Below, one piece after another: positions 9,085 through 17,415 of a DNA stretch of 25,673 bases. The stretch lies in contig JAMCTV010000111.1 of NCBI GenBank assembly GCA_023381235.1, positions 1-25,673 on the forward strand, written 5' to 3'. Numbering within the stretch: position 1 is the first letter of the stretch; each line of letters begins with the position of its first letter. The stretch is from Gammaproteobacteria bacterium. Lineage in GTDB: Bacteria; Pseudomonadota; Gammaproteobacteria; SURF-13. Below the pieces are notes generated by a model, which was not told the origin of the DNA, made no database searches, and worked only from the letters and a program-made list of their open reading frames with translations. Both the position numbers and the translations under genes were made by a program.

Positions 9085-9480
9085 ATGGAAAATCTGACCA
9101 ACGCACAGTTGAAGCAATTGCGCCAACTGCTGAACAATAATTTCACCAAACTGCGTGACGAGGTGCGCGCAGAGCTGATTCGCTCCGGAGAGAAACACTA
9201 TGCCGATCTGGTTTCGGGCGTATTGGATATCGGCGATGAGTCCGTCGCGGACATGCTGGCGGACATGGACGCCGCCCTTTTCGACCGACAGATACAGGAA
9301 ATACGCGATATCGAAGCTGCGTGGCTGCGCCTGGCCGACTTGAGCTACGGCGCCTGTATTGATTGCGGCGCCGATATCGGCTACGAACGCCTCACTGCGT
9401 ACCCCACCGCCAAGCGCTGTTATACCTGTCAGAGTATGCGCGAAAAGACTTACGCGCACGAGGCGACGCCGCGCCTGTGA
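9085..9480 (+). CDS. TraR/DksA C4-type zinc finger protein
   Basis: Coiled-coil region with DIGDESVAD, then YGACIDCG..I..ERL.AYPTAKRCYTCQ. Confidence 0.9.
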   Translation: MENLTNAQLKQLRQLLNNNFTKLRDEVRAELIRSGEKHYADLVSGVLDIGDESVADMLADMDAALFDRQIQEIRDIEAAWLRLADLSYGACIDCGADIGYERLTAYPTAKRCYTCQSMREKTYAHEATPRL

Positions 9481-9521
9481 GCGGTCAGCGCCGCGTTGCC
9501 GCATGGGAATGAGCCGGAGCG

Positions 9522-11609
9522 ATGTTTGCAACCATCATCAAGCGTGACGGCACGGTGGCCGGCTTTGACCCCGCCAGGATTACTCATGCCATCGCGCGCG
9601 CGGGCGCGGCCACGGGCGAGTTCGGCGCGGACATCGCCGAGGCGCTGACCGCCCAGGTTCTGGACGCCGCGCGCCGGAAGCTGGGCGCCAAGACGCCGGG
9701 CGTGGAGGAAATTCAGGATAGCGTGGAAGAGGTGCTGTTGTCCTCACCCTATCACGCCACCGCCAAGGCCTATATCCTCTACCGCGCGCAGCACGCGGCG
9801 CTGCGCGAAATCATTGCCAAGGCCGACGTCGAGTTGGTAGATCATTATCTGCAGCAGCTCGATTGGCAGGTGAGCGAAAACAGCAACATGACCTATTCCC
9901 TGCAAGGGCTCAATAACTATATTTCTTCCGAGGTGAGCAAGGTCTATTGGCTCAATAAAATCTACAGTCCGGAGATAAGGCAGGCCTATCTGGACGGCGA
10001 TTTTCATATTCACAACCTCAATGCCATTTCGGTTTATTGCGTGGGCTGGGACCTCACCGACCTGCTGACGCAGGGCTTCAAAGGCGTGCAGGGAAAAATA
10101 GAAAGCCGTCCCGCCAGGCATTTCCGGAGCGCGCTGGGGCAGGTGGTGAATTTCTTTTATACCCTGCAAGGCGAGGCGGCGGGGGCGCAGGCCTTTTCCA
10201 ACTTCGACACCCTGCTTGCTCCGTTCATCCGCCATGACGGCCTGGGTTATACCGAAGTGAAGCAGGCCATGCAGGAATTCATCTTCAATATCAACGTGCC
10301 GACACGCGTCGGATTCCAGACCCCGTTCACCAATGTCACGCTGGACTTGCGCCCCCCCGGCTATCTTGCCGAGCAAGGCGTCATCATCGGCGGGGTAGCG
10401 CAGGACAAGCCGTACAAGGATTTCCAGGACGAGATGAATTTATTCAACCGGGCGTTTTGTGAGGTCATGCAGGAGGGTGACGCCGCGGGGCGGGTGTTTA
10501 CCTTCCCGATCCCCACCTACAACATCACCAAGGATTTCGATTGGGACAACCCCAGCTTGGAAGGCCTGTGGCGCATGACGGCCAAGTACGGCGTGCCCTA
10601 CTTTTCCAACTTCATCAATTCGGACATGAAGCCGGAAGATGCGCGCTCGATGTGTTGCCGGTTGAGGATAGACACGCGCCTGCTGGAACGCAGGGGCGGC
10701 GGATTTTTCGGCGCCAATCCGCTTACCGGATCGGTCGGCGTAGTCACCATCAATATGCCGCGCCTGGGCTATTTCTCCACTGATGAAGAGGATTTCAAGC
10801 AACGCCTGATCGGGTTGATGCGGCTTGCCAAAGACAGCCTGGAAGTCAAACGCAAGACGCTGGAGCGGCTCACGGAGAAATCGCTTTATCCGTACGTCAA
10901 ATATTACCTGAGAGACATCAAGCAGCGATTTGGCGCATACTGGAAGAACCATTTTTCCACCATCGGGCTGGTGGGCATGAACGAAGCCTGCCTGAACCTG
11001 ATGGGGGAGACTATCGCAAGCCCGGCCGGACACGCTTTCGCGCTGAGAGTGCTCGATTTCATGCGCGCCGCGCTCATCGAGTTTCAGCAGGAGACGGGCA
11101 ACAACTATAACCTCGAAGCCACTCCGGCGGAGTCCACGGCCTACCGTCTGGCGCAAAAAGACAAAAAGAAATTTCCGGACATCATCTGCGCCAACGAGGA
11201 ACACTTTAAAAAAGGCGCGCAGCCGTTTTATACCAATTCCACGCACCTGCCGGTGCATTACACCGATGACTTTTTTGAGGCGCTGGATTTACAGGACGAA
11301 CTGCAGACGAAGTACACGGGGGGCACCGTGCTGCACATCTTTGTCGGGGAAAAGATCGAGTCGCCGCAGGTGATAAAAAAGCTCGTGCGCAAGATTTGCG
11401 AACACTATCGCCTGCCTTATTTCACCTTTACCCCCACCTTCAGTATTTGCCCCGCGCACGGCTATATCGCGGGGCAGCACGCGCAGTGTCCGCAATGCGG
11501 CGCGCATTGCGAGGTGTATTCGCGCATCGTGGGCTATTTGCGTCCGACCGACCAGTGGAACAAGGGCAAGCAGGAAGAGTTCGCGCGCAGAAAGACGTAC
11601 AAGGTATAG
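9522..11609 (+). CDS. nrdD: Class III (anaerobic) ribonucleoside-triphosphate reductase with N-terminal ATP cone
   Basis: ATP cone IIKRDG..FD..I, SMCCRL finger loop, ATPAESTAYRLA, Zn motif CPAHG..CPQCG, and glycyl-radical loop YSRIVGYLRP. Confidence 0.96.
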   Translation: MFATIIKRDGTVAGFDPARITHAIARAGAATGEFGADIAEALTAQVLDAARRKLGAKTPGVEEIQDSVEEVLLSSPYHATAKAYILYRAQHAALREIIAKADVELVDHYLQQLDWQVSENSNMTYSLQGLNNYISSEVSKVYWLNKIYSPEIRQAYLDGDFHIHNLNAISVYCVGWDLTDLLTQGFKGVQGKIESRPARHFRSALGQVVNFFYTLQGEAAGAQAFSNFDTLLAPFIRHDGLGYTEVKQAMQEFIFNINVPTRVGFQTPFTNVTLDLRPPGYLAEQGVIIGGVAQDKPYKDFQDEMNLFNRAFCEVMQEGDAAGRVFTFPIPTYNITKDFDWDNPSLEGLWRMTAKYGVPYFSNFINSDMKPEDARSMCCRLRIDTRLLERRGGGFFGANPLTGSVGVVTINMPRLGYFSTDEEDFKQRLIGLMRLAKDSLEVKRKTLERLTEKSLYPYVKYYLRDIKQRFGAYWKNHFSTIGLVGMNEACLNLMGETIASPAGHAFALRVLDFMRAALIEFQQETGNNYNLEATPAESTAYRLAQKDKKKFPDIICANEEHFKKGAQPFYTNSTHLPVHYTDDFFEALDLQDELQTKYTGGTVLHIFVGEKIESPQVIKKLVRKICEHYRLPYFTFTPTFSICPAHGYIAGQHAQCPQCGAHCEVYSRIVGYLRPTDQWNKGKQEEFARRKTYKV

Positions 11610-11611
11610 CG

Positions 11612-12301
11612 ATGGACATCGGGGGCTTGCAGAAGGTTTCCTTGATAGATTATCCCGGTGAAATCTGCGCCGTGATATTCACGCGCGGCTGCGATTTCCG
11701 CTGCGGCTATTGTTACAATGCGGAACTTGTCCTGCCTGAGCGCTATGCGGAACTGATCCCGGAGCAGGAGGTTCTCGACTTTTTGCAGGCGCGCCGCGGC
11801 AAGCTGGACGCCGTCACCATAACGGGAGGCGAGCCGGCCTGGCAGGCGGACCTGCCGGAGTTTATCCATAAGGTGAAAAATCTCGGCTTCCTGGTGAAGC
11901 TTGATACCAATGGTTTTAACCCTGAGATGCTGAAAAAAATAATTGACCGGAAGCTGGTGGACTATATCGCCATGGACGTAAAGGCCCCCCTTGAAAAATA
12001 CCGGGACGTCATCAACATAGACATTGACACGCGCAAAATCGCCGCCAGCATTGCATTAGTCATGGATTCCGGCGTACCCTATGAGTTCAGGACCACCGTG
12101 GTTAAATCGCAGCTCGGCGAAAAGGATATTTTGGCGATAGGAAAACTGATAAAAGGGGCCAGGCGTTACGTTCTGCAGAAGTTTCTCCCCGGCAAGGTGC
12201 TCGATGCCTCTTTTCTTGGGCGCACTACCTATGAGGAAGAATATCTGCGGCGCGTGTGCGTGGCATTGCAGGAGACGGTAAGCGAGTGCTCGGTGCGCTG
12301 A
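11612..12301 (+). CDS. nrdG: Anaerobic ribonucleotide reductase activating protein (radical SAM)
   Basis: GGLQK.SLIDYPG, CDFRCGYC (CxxxCxxC), TGGEP, KLDTNG and YEFRTT; starts 2 nt after the nrdD stop. Confidence 0.93.
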   Translation: MDIGGLQKVSLIDYPGEICAVIFTRGCDFRCGYCYNAELVLPERYAELIPEQEVLDFLQARRGKLDAVTITGGEPAWQADLPEFIHKVKNLGFLVKLDTNGFNPEMLKKIIDRKLVDYIAMDVKAPLEKYRDVINIDIDTRKIAASIALVMDSGVPYEFRTTVVKSQLGEKDILAIGKLIKGARRYVLQKFLPGKVLDASFLGRTTYEEEYLRRVCVALQETVSECSVR

Positions 12302-12317
12302 CGGCTTGACTCGCGCC

Positions 12318-12371
12318 TGTGCCGTACAGGGACGTAGTAATGTCGCGGGAGGCAGGAAGCCGGGAGCGACC
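12318..12371 (+). repeat. 54-nt intergenic double-hairpin repeat, copy B
   Basis: Same scaffold and length as 7976-8029 with different but still pairing stems; begins 17 nt after the nrdG stop. Confidence 0.65.
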
Positions 12372-12429
12372 TTGTTTTGTGCTATTCCCGAAAATATACT
12401 TGAGGCTTAACAACAGCGAGGTAGCCTGC

Positions 12430-13089
12430 ATGGATATCGAAGCCGTCGAAAAGGTTTACCGGCGTTACGCCCAGCGTTACGACTTTTATTTTGGCGCGTT
12501 GTTTGAGCCGGGGCGCCGCGCGGTCATCGAGCAGATGAATTGCCAGCCTGGAGAGCGCATCCTGGAAGTGGGCGTCGGCACGGGATTGTCCTTGCCGCTT
12601 TATCCGCGCGATGTGCATATCACCGGCATAGACGTATCAGACGAGATGCTGGCGCGTGCCAGGGCGCGCGCCGAAAACGACGGCCTGCGCCACATTGCGG
12701 CTCTACACAAGATGAACGCGGAGCAGATGCGGTTTGCCGATGACACCTTCGATAAGGTGGTGGCGATGTATGTGGCCTCCGTGGTGCCCCACCCCGCGCG
12801 TCTGGTGGATGAGATGCGCCGGGTATGCAAACCGGACGGCGAGCTGTACATCGTGAATCACTTCCGGCACTCCAATCCCGTGATCGGCGGCGTGGAGCGC
12901 CTTATCGCGCCGCTATCCAGGCTTTTGGGGTTTCACCCGGACTTTTCCCTGGAAGATTTTCTGGAGGATACCAGGCTGGAGGTTATCGAACGGATGCCGG
13001 TGAATCTTTTCGATTATTGGACCCTGCTGCGCGCGGGAAACAATAAAGGCAGCCTGCAACAGGAAGCGGCGCTGCTTGCCACCGCCTGA
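12430..13089 (+). CDS. pmtA: Class I SAM methyltransferase, phosphatidylethanolamine N-methyltransferase (PmtA)-like
   Basis: Y.RYA..YDF.FG..F.PGR, ILEVGVGTGLSL, FDKVVAMYVASVVP.P and NHF. Confidence 0.8.
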   Translation: MDIEAVEKVYRRYAQRYDFYFGALFEPGRRAVIEQMNCQPGERILEVGVGTGLSLPLYPRDVHITGIDVSDEMLARARARAENDGLRHIAALHKMNAEQMRFADDTFDKVVAMYVASVVPHPARLVDEMRRVCKPDGELYIVNHFRHSNPVIGGVERLIAPLSRLLGFHPDFSLEDFLEDTRLEVIERMPVNLFDYWTLLRAGNNKGSLQQEAALLATA

Positions 13090-13098
13090 GAGACTTTG

Positions 13099-14226
13099 TC
13101 AACTCTGGCCGGACTGCAAAGGAGGCAGGCCGGCATGCAGGAACCAGCGGTCCAGCACCACGTGGCGCGAGAACCACCGTGTCGCCAGGAGCCTGCGCCC
13201 AATCGCCTGTTTTAGTTTTTCAATGACGACGCCGGGCATGGCTTGAGTCTTGCGCTCGCCAAAACGCGCCGCGAGCTTTTCCTCGTAAGGCGTCAGCTTG
13301 CCGCGCCGGTAGTCGCCGTGCGCGGCGAGGATGACGTCCGCAGCCAGCATGGCGGACTCTATCGCGGGCAGTATGCCTTCGCCGCTCTGCGGGTAGGCAA
13401 GCCCGGCGGCGTCGCCGATGAGCAGCGCGCCGTCCGCAATGATTTTTCTGGGCGTGTGGGCGTACAGCAGGTAGGCGTGACCGTTGAAATGGTCCGGGAC
13501 ATCCTGCGGAATCCTGCCCTGCCGTTTAAGGAACGCGCAGAATGCCTCCACGTGCGCGGAAAGCTTGTGGTTGTCCTCGCGCCCCAGGCCGATATTGAGA
13601 TAATTTCCCTTGCGTACCGCCCAACCGTAGCCCTTCAGGTCGGCGCAGAAAAACAGTTCCGGCGTTTGTTCCGCCACGCGGCACTCTTGCAGCTGATGCT
13701 CATTCATGGCGAACTCGATCTCCTGCGCGGCCACCACCGATTCAGCGCCGCCCAGCCTGGCGCCCAGATGGCGCGCCACCGGACAGAAGTGCCCGCCCGC
13801 GCCGATCAGCAGAGGCGCGCGCAGCGATTCGTTGATAACCCATTCACTGTTTTCACGGCGCAGTGATTGCAAGGCTGTGCCGAGATTGAGCCGCGCGCCT
13901 GAGCGCTGTAACAAATAGTGATCGAATTCACAACGGCGTATGCCATAGCTCACCGGCTCGCCGTAGGCGGTTTCAATCCCGTTCTGTCCCAGGCAGGCTG
14001 TGCGAAAGCCGGTGAAGGGTTGCAGCACGCGGCCCGCGCGATAATCATCCAGATCAAGCTCCAGCGCATCCACCACCTTGGGAGTGATCCAGCCCGCGCA
14101 CACCTTGTCGCGCGGGAAGGTTTTCTTATCCAGCACCACTACGTCGAGGCCCGCTCGTTTGAGCTTCCACGCCGCGGTGGAACCGCCCGGCCCGCCGCCT
14201 ACAATGAGTGCATCACAATGTTCCAT
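13099..14226 (-). CDS. Geranylgeranyl-reductase-family FAD-dependent oxidoreductase
   Basis: IVGGGPGGS, FPRDKVCAG, RR.EFD..LL, GYGW, LIGDAAG and SGEGI. Confidence 0.88.
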   Translation of the reverse strand: MEHCDALIVGGGPGGSTAAWKLKRAGLDVVVLDKKTFPRDKVCAGWITPKVVDALELDLDDYRAGRVLQPFTGFRTACLGQNGIETAYGEPVSYGIRRCEFDHYLLQRSGARLNLGTALQSLRRENSEWVINESLRAPLLIGAGGHFCPVARHLGARLGGAESVVAAQEIEFAMNEHQLQECRVAEQTPELFFCADLKGYGWAVRKGNYLNIGLGREDNHKLSAHVEAFCAFLKRQGRIPQDVPDHFNGHAYLLYAHTPRKIIADGALLIGDAAGLAYPQSGEGILPAIESAMLAADVILAAHGDYRRGKLTPYEEKLAARFGERKTQAMPGVVIEKLKQAIGRRLLATRWFSRHVVLDRWFLHAGLPPLQSGQS

Positions 14227-14250
14227 GGTGTTGTATGATTTTTCAGCCGG

Positions 14251-15549
14251 TTATGCGGCCCGATCGTGTCTGGCGGATGTGCCGGGCTCGTAGAGATGCG
14301 CGCGCGTCCAGGGGATTTGATTGTTGGCGCCGCGCGTAAAGACCACCTGGAAAAGTTGCAGGCAGCCGGTACTGAAGGAGGCCAGCGAGCCGGCCAGATA
14401 AAGCCGCCATGCGCGCACGAAATTTTCGTCAAACATGTTTTCCACCGTTCCGGCGTTTTGCTCGAAGCGCATCAGCCAATGTTCCAGCGTCTTGGCGTAA
14501 TGCAGGCGCAGGTTTTCCACGTCGAGGACGGAAAGGTCGTGCGGCTCGAAAATATCCATCATTTCACCAAGCGTGGGGGGATAGGCGCCGGGGAAGATGC
14601 GTTTTTCAATCCAGGCGTTCATCAATTCCGGGTGGTTGCGTCCGATAGAGTGAATCAGGCCGCGCCCGTGTTCGGTAAGCGCGCGGTGAATAACATCCCC
14701 CAGTTCATGATAATGATCCAAACCGACATGCTCCAGCATGCCCACCGACACGAAGGCGTCGTATTTGCCGGAGATGTTGCGGTAATCGTCCTCGATATAT
14801 TCGACGCCGCTCAGGCCCTCGGCCTTGGCGCGCTCGCGCGCGTAACGGAGTTGCTCCTTGGAAATGTTGTAGGAATGCACCGTCACTCCGTAGTGGCGCG
14901 CCATGTGGCGCGCCAGCCCACCCCAGCCGCAGCCGGCCTCGACCACGCGCTCGCCGGGCCGGAGACGCAGCTTGCGGCATACATGATCCATCTTGGCGAA
15001 CTGGGCCTGCTCCAGCGTTGCGGCGAGAGAGGGAAAGTAGGCGCAGGTGTACTGCATCTCCTTATCCAGCCACAGCTCATAAAACTCATTGCTCAGGTCG
15101 TAATGGTGATGAATGTTGGTGGACGAACCGGACAGCGTATTGGAACGCGGGCGATTGAACAAGTGCGCCTGGATTTTCCTGAGCAGGGGGAATTTTGAGG
15201 CTGATGCGCGGTAGACGGATTCCAGGAACTCGATGAAATTCCCTTCCACCTCGACGCTGCCTGCCGTGTAGAGGTCGCCAAAATGGAGATTGGGATTGAT
15301 GAACAGCTTATAAAGCGCCGCGCGGTGGCGGATGCTCATGCTGGCAAGGGCCGGTGCGGTGGATGTGGTTATTTCCTCGCCATCCCACAGCACCAAACGC
15401 AAGGGCGGGTTACCGGCCAGCGCCAATAATTTACGCGCCAGCCAGCGTTCCAGCGCAGTGGCGGGCGAGCGTTGGCGGGTAAGCTCGTAAGCCGGAATGC
15501 CATGCGTCACACTGGGAATACTAAGCACCGTTGCTTTGGTTTTCTTCAT
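14251..15549 (-). CDS. cfa: Cyclopropane-fatty-acyl-phospholipid synthase-family methyltransferase
   Basis: NIHHHYDLSNEFY, MQYTCAYF, VVEAGCGWG, SVGMLEHVG, IFPG and LHYAKTL..W. GAGG RBS before ATG 15549. Confidence 0.9.
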   Translation of the reverse strand: MKKTKATVLSIPSVTHGIPAYELTRQRSPATALERWLARKLLALAGNPPLRLVLWDGEEITTSTAPALASMSIRHRAALYKLFINPNLHFGDLYTAGSVEVEGNFIEFLESVYRASASKFPLLRKIQAHLFNRPRSNTLSGSSTNIHHHYDLSNEFYELWLDKEMQYTCAYFPSLAATLEQAQFAKMDHVCRKLRLRPGERVVEAGCGWGGLARHMARHYGVTVHSYNISKEQLRYARERAKAEGLSGVEYIEDDYRNISGKYDAFVSVGMLEHVGLDHYHELGDVIHRALTEHGRGLIHSIGRNHPELMNAWIEKRIFPGAYPPTLGEMMDIFEPHDLSVLDVENLRLHYAKTLEHWLMRFEQNAGTVENMFDENFVRAWRLYLAGSLASFSTGCLQLFQVVFTRGANNQIPWTRAHLYEPGTSARHDRAA

Positions 15550-15705
15550 GGTTATCCTCATTTATTTTCAAGACTTCGCACAGAAGTGCGTGGAATAATC
15601 TTGTCCTGAACAGCCAGGTTTTCGGTAAACCGGTTATGGCATGGCGCAATGGAACCACCATAGGCATTGTAGTGGAGCCATGTATGGATGGCAAATAGGG
15701 CATGG

Positions 15706-16737
15706 CTAGCGCGGAATGATGTCCAGGTATGTAAGCCCCCCCGTTTGGATGGCTTGGAAGCGCAGCGGCAGAAATTGCCGCAGCAGCCACAGCGTGGTTT
15801 GCGCGTGCGAGGTGAAGCTGCGCAGCAACAGGCGCGACGCCCCCTGCGCCAGGGCCAGATAGATCAGCAGTTGATCGGAGGCGTGAATATCCACCGTCGC
15901 GCCGGCGCTGATTTCGTCGCTCAGGGCCTGAGCGGCTTCACCCCCGATACGCTCAGCGGGCACGCCGCGCTCAGCGGTGGAGGCCGCGCCCAGCAGTGTG
16001 TGAAGCGTGCGCGTCCAGAGGACGATGGCGCCGCCCTGTCCTATGGCCTCGTTACGGCCCAGCCGTTGGCAGTCAATGTGCGTATTTTCAAAACTCTGGA
16101 GCTTATGCTGCGCCGATTGCCGCATGCGCTCGGCGATATGTCCGGGCAGATTGGCGGTATGAATAATGCCTTCGATCTCACGCACGGCCCCCAGTGTGTC
16201 CAAACCGAGCGGGAGCAGTTGTTTCACCGGCGGCAGTGACACCTCGATTTCTCCGCCGCCGCGCGGATAGTAGCCGCGGCGCAGCACTTTGACGTCCACG
16301 GACAATCCCATCCTCGCCAGCAGCGGCAGCAGCACATAACGGAAATAATCCAGGGGCGGAGCGGCCTTGACGTCGGTGCCGCCGGTGAGACGCAGGTGTA
16401 CCGGCGCGCCGCAGGCAAAAGCGGCCGGCAACACCGCCTGTAAAACCAGGATCACGCTTCCCGCCGTACCCACGTTGAAGTCGAAATGCCCCCCATGCAG
16501 CCCGCCGGGGCGGAAGGTGAATTCCCGCGCGCCTAATTCCAGGCCGGTGATTTCCGCGCGGCACAAGGCCGCTACCGCGCGCACCGCAGTGAGGTGCTGG
16601 GCGGCGAGCCCGGGCTTGGGACGCCGCGCGCGGATATTACGCAGCGCAATTGCTTTGCCGGTCATGGCGGAGAGCGCCACCGCCGTGCGCACCAATTGCC
16701 CCCCGCCTTCTCCATAAGAGCCGTCAATTTCATGCAT
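15706..16737 (-). CDS. rtcA: RNA 3'-terminal phosphate cyclase
   Basis: DGSYGEGGGQ..RTA, IRARRPKPGL..QH, TAGS..L..Q, GGTDV..APP.DY, RRGYYPRGGG, DQLL and catalytic TSH. Confidence 0.95.
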   Translation of the reverse strand: MHEIDGSYGEGGGQLVRTAVALSAMTGKAIALRNIRARRPKPGLAAQHLTAVRAVAALCRAEITGLELGAREFTFRPGGLHGGHFDFNVGTAGSVILVLQAVLPAAFACGAPVHLRLTGGTDVKAAPPLDYFRYVLLPLLARMGLSVDVKVLRRGYYPRGGGEIEVSLPPVKQLLPLGLDTLGAVREIEGIIHTANLPGHIAERMRQSAQHKLQSFENTHIDCQRLGRNEAIGQGGAIVLWTRTLHTLLGAASTAERGVPAERIGGEAAQALSDEISAGATVDIHASDQLLIYLALAQGASRLLLRSFTSHAQTTLWLLRQFLPLRFQAIQTGGLTYLDIIPR

Positions 16738-16769
16738 AGTGGATTTTAAAAAATAGGCAAATGTAAACC

Positions 16770-16783
16770 TTGCGCTAGATCAA
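16770..16783. promoter_or_regulatory. FNR/CRP-family box TTGCG-CTAG-ATCAA with a -10 (TAGAGT, 16807-16812) toward hpf
   Basis: Identical to 5183-5197 over 15 bp, with a 23-nt gap to the -10; lies between the divergent rtcA and hpf genes. Confidence 0.75.
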
Positions 16784-16840
16784 AGATTGGCGACGTCTTT
16801 TTGCCCTAGAGTGAAGGCGTCAAAAACAAGGAGTGACGTC

Positions 16841-17389
16841 ATGCAGATTCCGCTGCAAATTACCTTTCGTGACATGCCCCCTTCGCCGGCCGTGGAAGCG
16901 CGTATCCGGCAAAAGGTGCAAAAACTGGAGTCATTTTATGACCGCATCATGGGCTGCCGGGTAGTGGTGGACATGCCCCAGAAGCATCATCATCAAGGCA
17001 AGCTTTACAATGTGCGCATTGATATCACCATGCCGGGCGGCGAGATCGCGGTGAATCGCCAGCCGGATGAGGATGTGTACGTGGCGCTGCGCGATGCGTT
17101 TAATGCCGCCGGCCGCCAGCTGGAGGATTATGCGCGCGAGCAGCGCGGCGATGTGAAGACCCATGAGACACCCCATCACGCGCGCGTTGTCAAACTCTTT
17201 CCGGAGGAGGATTATGGTTTTATCGAAACGCTGGACGGCGAGCAGATTTATTTTCACCGCAACAGCGTGGTGCACCCGCCGTTCGATCATCTCAAGATCG
17301 GCACCGAGGTATTGTTTATCGAAGAACAGGGCGAGAAAGGGCCGCAAGCGAAACTGGTGACTGTCGGCAAACACCACCTTGCCGGGTGA
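16841..17389 (+). CDS. HPF/RaiA ribosome-associated protein fused to a cold-shock domain
   Basis: LQITFRDM..SPAVE..I..K..KL and EDVYVALRDAF..A.RQL, followed by YGFIET.DG..IYFHRNSV. AAGGAG RBS. Confidence 0.9.
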   Translation: MQIPLQITFRDMPPSPAVEARIRQKVQKLESFYDRIMGCRVVVDMPQKHHHQGKLYNVRIDITMPGGEIAVNRQPDEDVYVALRDAFNAAGRQLEDYAREQRGDVKTHETPHHARVVKLFPEEDYGFIETLDGEQIYFHRNSVVHPPFDHLKIGTEVLFIEEQGEKGPQAKLVTVGKHHLAG

Positions 17390-17415
17390 CGCTTGCCGTC
17401 AGGCGCCGGCCGGAT

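Noticed and set aside
16787-16804. TTGGCGACGTCTTTTTGC as a sigma54 -24/-12 promoter for an Rtc-type operon
   Set aside because: GG and GC are separated by 12 nt rather than the required 10, and it points toward hpf rather than rtcA.
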